A stretch of DNA of 64,000 nt from Macrostomum lignano (Eukaryota), in the NCBI GenBank assembly GCA_002269645.1, contig NIVC01000305.1:372001-436000 (forward strand). The letters are read 5' to 3'. Both the position numbers and the translations under genes were made by a program. A model generated the notes under the pieces. The model was not told the DNA's origin. It saw only the letters and a list, made by a program, of their open reading frames with translations, and ran no database searches. Positions 1 to 10,800 of the stretch are shown piece by piece; the stretch's first letter is position 1; the number at the start of each line of letters is the position of its first letter.

Positions 1-1965
1 GATGGGATTGACGCTTTTTGTTCAGGGAGTGACTGGTTCAGGGAGTGACGCTTTCTGTTCCGGGAGTGACTGGTTCAGGGAGTGACGCTTTCTGTTCAGG
101 AAGTGACTGGTTCAGGGAGTGACGCTTTCTGTTCAGGAAGTGACTGGTTCAGGGAGTGACGCTTTCTGTTCAGGGAGTGACGCTTTCTGTTCAGGGAGTG
201 ATGCTTTCTGTTCAGGGAGTGACTGGTTTAGGGAGTGACGCTTTCTGTTCAGGGAGTGATGCTTTCTGTTCAGGGAGTGACTGGTTCAGGGAGTGACGCT
301 TTCTGTTCAGGTAGTGACTGGTTCAGGGAGTGACGCTTTCTGTTCAGGGAGTGACTGGTTCAGGGAGTGACGCTTTCTGTTCAGGGAGTGACTGGTTCAG
401 GGAGTGACGCTTTCTGTTCCGGGAGTGACTGGTTCAGGGAGTGACGCTTTCTGTTAAGGAAGTGACTGGTTCAGGGAGTGACGCTTTCTGTTCAGGGAGT
501 GACTGGTTCAGGGAGTGACGCTTTCTGTTCAGGGAGTGACTGGTTCAGGGAGTGACGCTTTCTGTTCAGGGAGTGACTGGTTCAGGGAGTGACGCTTTCT
601 GTTCAGGAAGTGACTGGTTCAGGGAGTGACGCTTTCTGTTCAGGGAGTGACGCTTTCTGTTCAGGGAGTGATGCTTTCTGTTCAGGGAGTGACTGGTTTA
701 GGGAGTGACGCTTTCTGTTCAGGGAGTGATGCTTTCTGTTCAGGGAGTGACTGGTTCAGGGAGTGACGCTTTCTGTTCAGGTAGTGACTGGTTCAGGGAG
801 TGACGCTTTCTGTTCAGGGAGTGACTGGTTCAGGGAGTGACGCTTTCTGTTCAGGGAGTGACTGGTTCAGGGAGTGACGCTTTCTGTTCCGGGAGTGACT
901 GATTCAGGGAGTGACGCTTTCTGTTAAGGAAGTGACTGGTTCAGGGAGTGACGCTTTCTGTTCAGGGAGTGACTGGTTCAGGGAGTGACGCTTTCTGTTC
1001 AGGGAGTGACTGGTTCAGGGAGTGACGCTTTCTGTTCAGGGAGTGACTGGTTCAGGGAGTGACGCTTTCTGTTCAGGGAGTGACGCTTTCTGTTCAGGGA
1101 GTGACGCTTTCTGTTCAGGGAGTGACGCTTTCTGTTCAGGGAGTGACGCTTTCTGTTCAGGGAGTGACGCTTTCTGTTCAGGGAGTGACTGGTTCAGTGA
1201 GTGACGCTTTCTGTTCAGGGAGTGACTGGGTCAGGGAGTGACGCTTTCTGTTCAGGGAGTGACGCTTTCTGTTCAGGGAGTGACGCTTTCTGTTCAGGGA
1301 GTGACGCTTTCTGTTCAGGGAGTGACGCTTTCTGTTCAGGGAGTGACTGGGTCAGGGAGTGACTGGGTCAGGGAGTGACTGGGTCAGGGAGTGACTGGGT
1401 CAGGGAGTGACTGGGTCAGGGAGTGACTGGGTCAGGGAGTGACTGGGTCAGGGAGTGACTGGTTCAGGAGTGACTGGTTCAGGGAGTGACGCTTTCTGTT
1501 CAGGGAGTGACTGGGTCAGGGAGTGACTGGTTCAGGGAGTGACGCTTTCTGTTCAGGGAGTGACGCTTTCTGTTCAGGGAGTGACTGGTTCAGGGAGTGA
1601 CTGGTTCAGGAGTGACTGGTTCAGGGAGTGACGCTTTCTGTTCAGGGAGTGACTGGGTCAGGGAGTGACTGGTTCAGGGAGTGACTGGTTCAGGGAGTGA
1701 CTGGTTCAGGGAGTGACTGGTTCAGGGAGTGACTGGTTCAGGGAGTGACTGGTTCAGGGAGTGAGTGGTTTAGGGAGTGACTGGTTCAGGGAGTGACTGG
1801 TTCAGGGAGTGACTGGTTCAGGGAGTGACTGGTTCAGGGAGTGACTGGTTCAGGGAGTGACTGGTTCAGGGAGTGACTGGTTCAGGGAGTGACTGGTTCA
1901 GGGAGTGACTGGTTCAGGGAGTGACTCGTTCAGGGAGTGACTGGTTCAGGGAGTGACTGGTTCTG
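1..1965. repeat. Minisatellite of mixed 16-bp and 21-bp units with a 470-bp higher-order repeat
   Basis: Units TCAGGGAGTGACTGGT and TCAGGGAGTGACGCTTTCTGT. Rare variants recur 470 bp apart (221/691 and 311/781). Confidence 0.95.
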
Positions 1966-2017
1966 AGGGTGTGGCTTTGGGAGAACCAACCAGACCCAGT
2001 TGCCGGAACCAACTCAC

Positions 2018-2248
2018 TCAGCTTCACGGGGCTCAGGCCCAGCAGCGGCAGCCGGCCTGGCGCAGTGCACAACATCGGCAGCCAGCGTGGAGGCGACGCC
2101 GGAGGAGCGCAGCATGCCGGGAAGGTTGCCCCAGAACAGGCGGGCTCGGCGCTGAGCTGAGAAAATGACGGCGTCCAGGCGGATCGGCTCGCGGCCTAGG
2201 AACCTGCGGGGTGGGGTAGAGTAATGGACTGACGGAGGACAGACAGGC

Positions 2249-2293
<45 letters not shown>

Positions 2294-5200
2294 GGCAGAC
2301 AGACAGACCTGGAAATGCGAGTCTTATCCTCCTGCCGCATGCTGGCCACATTCTCGAACAGCCAGAACAGGGGGCGCCGTTGGCGCTCGTCGGCGCTCGG
2401 GCTGCCAATCCGACGGAGCAGTTCGAGAATTCGGTGAAACTCGAAAAAAAGCAGTCCGGATTCCGAAGCCAGGCCTTGCCTGACGGAGATGGGATATTAG
2501 AAAATTGAAATTTTCATAGGATTCTCGATACAGGAGGCTGGCCAAGAAAACGACACCTGGGAGGCGGGCAGCCCAGCAACTGAGGATCTGGGAGGCTGGC
2601 CCAGCAACTGAGGATCTGGGAGGCTGGCCCAACAACTGAGCATCTGGGAGGCTGGCCCAGCAACTGAGGATCTGGGAAGCTGGCCCAACAACTGAGGATC
2701 TGGGAGGCTGGCCCAGCAACTGAGGATCTGGGAAGCTGGCCCAGCAACTGAGCATCTGGGAGGCTGGCCCAACAACTGAGGATCTGGGAGGCTGGCCCAG
2801 CAACTGAGGATCTGGGAAGCTGGCCCAGCAACTGAGGATCCGGGAGGCTGGCCCAGCAACTGAGGATCCGGGAGGCTGGCCCAGCAACTGAGGATCTGGG
2901 AGGCAGAACACGTGCACCAGTGGAGCAAGAAGTCACCTATTGGGATTGGCAGCGGACAGCTGACTGCAAGGCGAGCCCCCAATCAGCAGATCGATGGGCA
3001 GCAGAGAGCGCAGCCGGTCCTCAGTCAGCTCGGTGACGCTGCCCAGCTGCCGCACCCGGTTGCCATGGTTACAAGCGGCCACACGGATTGCGTCCTGGTC
3101 GATCTCGGAGGCGAAGCAGATTTCTACGGACAGGCCGGCGGACTGCAGGCACAGCAAGGCGGAGGCCACGCCATCGAATAGCGACAGAACTCGAAGCGGC
3201 TGGGAGCAGCCCGCGCTGCGCTGAAGCTCCGGCGGCGGCGGCGGGTGCAGAGAATGGGGCTCCGTTTGGCTGCAATAAATAAAAGCGATGCTTTCGGGGT
3301 AATTAACCTGATTTTGACATATTTTCTCCTCCATTCTTATCACTGCTCTTCCCCTCTATTCTCATCCCTGCTCTTCCCCTCCATTCTCATCCCTGCTCTT
3401 CCACTCCATTCTCATCCCTGCTCTTCCCCTCCATTCTCATCCCTGCTCTTCCCCTCCATTCTCATCCCTGCTCTTTCCCTCTATTCTCATCCCTGCTCTT
3501 CCACTCCATTCTCATCCCTGCTCTTCCCCTCCATTCTCATCCCTACTCTTCCCCTCCATTCTCATCCCTGCTCTTCCCCTCCATTCTCATCCCTGCTCTT
3601 CCCCTCCATTCTCATCCCTGCTCTTCCCCTCTATTCTCATCCCTGCTCTTCCCCTCTATTCTCATCCCTGCTCTTTCCCTCCATTCTCATCCCTGCTCTT
3701 CCCCTCCATTCTCATCCCTGCTCTTCCACTCCATTCTCATCCCTGCTCTTCCCCTCCATTCTCATCCGTGCTCCTCCCCTCCATTCTCATTCCCTTCCAT
3801 TTTCGTGCCTTAACCCCTCAATTATCATGCTCCCCTCCTCTCTCTTCTCATCAATCAGCAGCAGAAACCTACTAATACAGTCGCTGCCGCCAGTCGCTCC
3901 TGGGCTGAATGAGACGCTCAGACAGCAGCTGGCACAGGTGGCACAGCCATCCATTGTCGCTGATAATTCTTTGCCAAGCATCTTGGCCAATCAGCAAGGT
4001 GAGGCAGCCTCGACAGAAGCATCTGCCGCATTCAGCTGAACCGCACATGGCCTGAAAATTCAATTATTTATCGAATAGATTGAAGCTTTGAGCTTGGGAA
4101 GCTTTGAGGATGAGAAGCTTTGAGGATGAGAAGCTTTAAGAATGAGAAGCTTTGAGCTTGGGAAGCTTTGAGGATGAGAAGCTTTAAGAATGAGAAGCTT
4201 TGAGCTTGAGAGGCTTTGAGCTTGGGAAGCTTTGAGCTTGGGAAGCTTTGAGGATGAGAAGCTTTGAGCTTGAGAGGCTTTGAGCATGAGAGGCTTTGAG
4301 CATGAGAGGCTTTGAGCTTGGGAAGCTTTGAGCATGAGAAGCTTTGAGCATGAGAAGCTTTGAGCTTGAGAGGCTTTGAGCTTGGGAAGCTTTGAGCTTG
4401 GGAAGCTTTGAGCTTGGGAAGCTTTGAGCATGAGAAGCTTTGAGCTTGAGAGGCTTTGAGCATGAGAGGCTTTGAGCATGAGAGGCTTTGAGCTTGGGAA
4501 GCTTTGAGCATGAGAAGCTTTGAGCATGAGAAGCTTTGAGCTTGAGAGGCTTTGAGCTTGGGAAGCTTTGAGCTTGGGAAGCTTTGAGCATGAGAAGCTT
4601 TGAGCTTGGGAAGCTTTGAGCTTGAGAGGCTTTGAGCTTGGGAAGCTTTGAGCATGAGAAGCTTTGAGCTTGGGAAGCTTTGAGCTTGGGAAGCTTTAAG
4701 CTTGGGAAGCTTTGAGCATGAGAAGCTTTGAGTTGGGAAGCTTTAATCTTGGGAAGCTTTAAGCTTGGGAAGCTTTAAGCTTGGGAAGCTTTAAGCTTGG
4801 GAAGCTTTAAGCTTGGGAAGCTTTAAGCTTGGGAAGCTTTAAGCTTGGGAAGCTTTAAGCTTGGGAAGCTTTAAGCTTGGGAAGCTTTAAGCTTGGGAAG
4901 CTTTAAGCTTGGGAAGCTTTAAGCTTGGGAAGCTTTAAGCTTGGGAAGCTTTAAGCTTGGGAAGCTTTAAGCTTGGGAAGCTTTAAGCTTGGGAAGCTTT
5001 AAGCTTGGGAAGCTTTAAGCTTGGGAAGCTTTGAGGATGAGAAGCTTTGAGCTTGGGAAGCTTTGAGCTTGGGAAGCTTTGAGCTTGGGAAGCTTTGAGC
5101 TTGGGAAGCTTTGAGCTTGAGAGGCTTTGAGCATGAGAGCTTGAGAGGCTTTGAGCATGAAAAGCTTCGAGCATGAGAAGCTTTGAGCATGAGAAGCTTC

Positions 5201-7535
5201 GAGCATGAGAAGCTTTGAGCATGAGAAGCTTTGAACATGAGAAGCTTTGAGCATGAGAGGCTTTGAGCATGAGAGGCTTTGAGCATGAGAGGCTTTGAGC
5301 TTGGGAAGCTTTGAGCTTGGGAAGCTTTGAGCTTGGGAAGCTTTGAGCATGAGAAGCTTTGAGCTTGGGAAGCTTTGAGCTTGGGAAGATTTAAGGATGA
5401 GAAGCTTTAAGAATGAGAAGCTTTGAGCTTGAGAGGCTTTGAGCATGAGAGGCTTTGAGCATGAGAGGCTTTGAGCTTGGGAAGCTTTGAGCTTGGGAAG
5501 CTTTGAGCATGAGAAGCTTTGAGCTTGGGAAGCTTTGAGCATGAGAAGCTTTGAGCTTGGGAAGCTTTGAGCATGAGAAGCTTTGAGCTTGGGAAGCTTT
5601 GAGCATGAGAAGCTTTGAGCTTGAGAGGCTTTGAGCATGAGAGGCTTTGAGCTTGGGAAGCTTTGAGGATGAGAAGCTTTAAGCTTGGGAAGCTTTAATC
5701 TTGGGAAGCTTTAAGCTTGGGAAGCTTTAAGCTTGGGAAGCTTTAAGCTTGGGAAGCTTTAAGCTTGGGAAGCTTTAAGCTTGGGAAGCTTTAAGCTTGG
5801 GAAGCTTTAAGCTTGGGAAGCTTTAAGCTTGGGAAGCTTTAAGCTTGGGAAGCTTTAAGCTTGGGAAGCTTTAAGCTTGGGAAGCTTTAAGCTTGGGAAG
5901 CTTTAAGCTTGGGAAGCTTTAAGCTTGGGAAGCTTTAAGCTTGGGAAGCTTTAAGCTTGGGAAGCTTTAAGCTTGGGAAGCTTTAAGCTTGGGAAGCTTT
6001 AAGCTTGGGAAGCTTTAAGCTTGGGAAGCTTTAAGCTTGGGAAGCTTTAAGCTTGGGAAGCTTTAAGCTTGGGAAGCTTTAAGCTTGGGAAGCTTTAAGC
6101 TTGGGAAGCTTTGAGCATGAGAAGCTTTGAGTTGGGAAGCTTTAATCTTGGGAAGCTTTAAGCTTGGGAAGCTTTAAGCTTGGGAAGCTTTAAGCTTGGG
6201 AAGCTTTAAGCTTGGGAAGCTTTAAGCTTGGGAAGCTTTAAGCTTGGGAAGCTTTAAGCTTGGGAAGCTTTAAGCTTGGGAAGCTTTAAGCTTGGGAAGC
6301 TTTAAGCTTGGGAAGCTTTAAGCTTGGGAAGCTTTAAGCTTGGGAAGCTTTGAGGATGAGAAGCTTTGAGCTTGGGAAGCTTTGAGCTTGGGAAGCTTTG
6401 AGCTTGGGAAGCTTTGAGCTTGGGAAGCTTTGAGCTTGGGAAGCTTTGAGCTTCGGAGGCTTTGAGCTTGGGAAGCTTCGAGCATGAGAAGCAAAAAGCT
6501 CTCAATAAATTACGATCTTTCAGAAAGCAGACGCTAACAGAAAGCAAGCCAGAAGCGCACCTGATTCCCGGGCCTGCCGCACACAGAGCAGTACATGAAC
6601 CAGCCGTCATCGCCAACGGAGAAGCACACAGTCAAATAGTTTTCCAAGCAGTCGACGCACAGCGACCCGCGCAGCACCGGGTGCTCCATCAACAGCGGCA
6701 GCTGCTGTTCAACCCGCACAGTGCCGCAGGCGAGGCAGACGTTCTCTAACGCGATCGATCCGTCCAAGACTTTCTCATAGATGGCGGTCACATCTGGCGA
6801 AACCAATCGAGGCCGCGAGCTCAGGCCAGACAGCGAGTTTCGATTCGAACCCGATGAGTAGGTTGACGATGATGGAGAGAACGAGTGAGGCTGAGCCATC
6901 CCAGCAGCCTCATCATCATCGGAGTCTGCGAGAATTCGAGAGAAGTGGACCGAGTATGGGGATCTGGAAGCTTAAGAATTTCACATCTAGAAATCTAGAG
7001 GATTTAGGGAAGATTTAGGGATCTGGGAATCTCGACGATTTGAGAAAATTTGGGGATCTGGGAATTTCGAGGATTTGAGAAAAATTTGGGGATCTGGGAA
7101 TCTCGAGGATTTGAGGAACATTTGGGGATCTGAGAATCTCGAGGATTTGAGGAACATTTGGGGATCTGAGAATCTCGGGATTTGGGAGATTTGGGTTCTG
7201 GTAATACCAGTATGAAGATTTGGCAAGTCAAGCCTGACGATCGCGGAAACCCTAGTCCCCACCTGACGTTTTCGGCACTGAGAAACTGAAGATCTGGGAA
7301 TAGTAGCATCTAGACGAAAAAACAACTCGATCGCATCGAAATGAAAGCCACAACAGCAATACAAAACTCACCGCTGACAGCGAGATGCAATCCCTCACTT
7401 TCGGCCACGGCACCGAGCGATTTACGGTGCTGCCTGCGGATGGGTGAGTCAGAATCAGGCTGTTGGTAAGGCTGTTGGAATTCACCATGAGTCACCATGA
7501 GTCCATGAGTCATGAGTCCACCCATCCATCCATCC

Positions 7536-7574
<39 letters not shown>

Positions 7575-7593
7575 ATCTATCTATCTATCTATC

Positions 7594-7679
<86 letters not shown>

Positions 7680-7715
7680 ATCTATCATCTATCTATCTAT
7701 CTATATATCTGTCTG

Positions 7716-7771
<56 letters not shown>

Positions 7772-7827
7772 CCTATCTATCTATCTACCTATCTATCTAT
7801 CTGTCTGTCTATCTATCTATCTGTCTG

Positions 7828-7880
<53 letters not shown>

Positions 7881-10800
7881 TTGTCTATCTATCTATCTAT
7901 CATCTAATCAGGCTTACTTATAAATGTCAACCAGACAGTCGGTGGCCCAGTCAGACAGAAGAGGCTGACGCCTCTTCCTCGCCGCCTCGTCCTCGGTAGC
8001 CAGTTGCGCCAAATCCTGACCGATTGCGCTGCCGCTACTACTGCCGGTAGCGCCATCAGACTTTTGAAAACTCTCGTCTCGACGTTCGATTAATTCTAGG
8101 CGAAGTCGGCGAACACCTCGAACTAGCAGGGAGTTTCTCTGCGCCGATGACGTCATAGCGGCTGCCAGGGACTGCGGATTGTCTATGGACTGGAGACCCG
8201 CAACGGGTAGCTCGGACACTTTGCCCTCAGCCAGCCACAGGAGCCAGCGCATCCCGGGGCGGGCCGGGCGAAGGTGACAGCGGCGGCCGGAGACCACCAG
8301 AGCTGGGTAGGACTGCGGGTTTGGTGTGGGATCTGAGTCTCTGCTGATGGGATCTGAATCTCTGCTGATGGGATCAGAGTCTCTATTGATGGGATCTGAG
8401 TCTCTATTGATGGGATCTGAGTCGCTGCTGATGGGATCAGAGTCTGCTGATGGGATCTGAATCTCTGCTGATGGGATCTGAGTCTCTGCTGATGGGATCT
8501 GAATCTCTGCTGATGGGATCTGAATCTCTGCTGATGGGATCTGAATCTCTGCTGATGGGATCTGAATCTCTGCTGATGGGATCTGAGTCTCTGCTGATGG
8601 GATCTGAATCTCTGCTGATGGGATCTGAATCTCTGCTGATGGGATCTGAGTCTCTGCTGATGGGATCTGAATCTCTGCTGATGGGATCTGAGTCTCTGCT
8701 GATGGGATCTGAATCTCTGCTGATGGGATCTGAATCTCTGCTGATGGGATCTGAATCTCTGCTGATGGGATCTGAGTCTCTGCTGATGGGATCTGAGTCT
8801 CTGCTGATGGGATCTGAATCTCTGCTGATGGGATCTGAGTCTCTGCTGATGGGATCTGAATCTCTGCTGATGGGATCTGAATCTCTGCTGATGGGATCTG
8901 AGTCTCTGCTGATGGGATCTGAGTCTCTGCTGATGGGATCTGAATCTCTGCTGATGGGATCTGAGTCTCTGCTGATGGGATCTGAGTCTCTGCTGATGGG
9001 ATCTGAATCTCTGCTGATGGGATCTGAGTCTCTGCTGATGGGATCTGAATCTCTGCTGATGGGATCTGAATCTCTGCTGATGGGATCTGAATCTCTGCTG
9101 ATGGGATCTGAATCTCTGCTGATGGGATCTGAGTCTCTGCTGATGGGATCTGAATCTCTGCTGATGGGATCTGAGTCTCTATTGATGAATAGAGATTCTG
9201 ATTATTATTTATAATTATTACTAGCAATCTACGCCCCCCGTTGGGGAGCCAAAGAAATGCAATACACGTTTTTTTAATAAGCTACATGTATCCTTGAAAT
9301 CTTAAAAAATCTCCTGTCAAACCTTGTAAGCCTTGACATGTCAGTAATTCCCCCCCACAAGCTTTAACATATCAACTTCCCCCCTTGACATCTCAGCAAT
9401 GCCCCCAATAAGCCTTGGAAATCTAAAAATATCTGTCAACCTTCTAACCCTAACCCTAGCCTAACCCTAACCCTAACCCTAACCCTAACCATAACCCTAA
9501 CCTAACCCTAAAGCATTGAAATTTCAGTAATTCTCTCTAAGAGTCATAATAGCACTACTACAGGATTATAGCGATTCCCTACAAGCCTCGACATCGTAGG
9601 GATTCCCAAATGAATCTCTTAACTTCGACATGAAGCTTTTATTTTTTACATTACGCTTTTTTATTATCAGCGATCCCTCCCCTGAGGAGGCATCAAATAA
9701 TGTAATAAAAAGTTACAATAAGTTTTCAATAAACTACATGTAGCTTCTGACTTTAGCCTTGAAATCTCATTTATACCCCCGTGAGCCTTGACATCTCAGC
9801 TATTCCCCCCGTAAGCCTTGACATGTCAGCGATGGCCCCCATAAACCTTGAAAACTAAAAAATCCCCTGTTAACCTTGAAACCCGATAAAATATAACCCT
9901 CAACCCAAACCTGACCTAACCTAACTTTAACCCAACCTAAAGCCTTGAAATCTCAGCAATTCTTCTCCCCTAAGCCTTGACATTTTAGTGATTCCTTCTT
10001 TAAGAATCACAGCACTATAACGATTTCCACCAAGCTTTGACATCGTAGCAATTCCCAAATGAATCTTTTAACTTCGACATGACTTTTCTTTTATGTATAC
10101 ATAGTGCTACTTTTATTTTTTACATGACTCTTCTTCTATCAGCGCCCCCCCCGTGGCGAGCCAACAAAGAATGCAATAAAAAAATTGAGTAAAGTACATG
10201 AACTTTGAAGTAGCTTCTGACTTTTGCTTTGACATCTCAGAAACCCCCCCCCCCGTAATCTCAGTTATTCTCTGAGAGCCTTTACGTCTCATATTCTCTG
10301 AGAGCCTTTACGTCTCAGTTTTTCTCCCCAGCACAGCATTATAGCTGCATTTAACTTTTACATGACACCCTTCATGTCTGACATGACGCTTCTTTTATTC
10401 TACCATGATGCTTCTTAATTTTTTAAATGACACTTTCATTAGTTTATAAATGAGGCTTCTATGATTTTTAAATGACGCTTCTATGATTTTTTAAATGACG
10501 CTTCTATGATTGTTTACATGACGCTTCTATGATTGTTTACATGACGCTTCTATGATTTTTTAAATTACGCTTCTATGATTGTTTACATGACGCTTCTATG
10601 ATTTTTTAAATGACGCTTCTATGATTGTTTACATGACGCTTCTATGATCTTTTAAATGACGCTTCTATGATTGTTTACATGACGCTTCTATGATTGTTTA
10701 CATGACGCTTCTATGATTGTTTACATGACGCTTTTATGATTGTTCACATGACGCTTCTATGATTTTTTACATGACGCTTCTATGATTTTTTAAATGACAC

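Noticed and set aside
1-1965. CRISPR-like appearance of regularly repeated 16-42-bp units
   Set aside because: No unique spacers, no cas genes, and the context is eukaryotic.
7914-9227. 437-aa ORF with SAEIQIP repeats running in frame into the PWWP exon
   Set aside because: It is a stop-free reading of a 21-bp intronic repeat with a TTG start. A good acceptor at 8313 joins exon 1 in frame and completes the PWWP domain.
9444-9510. True telomere or chromosome end
   Set aside because: Short, degenerate and located inside an intron with unique sequence on both sides.
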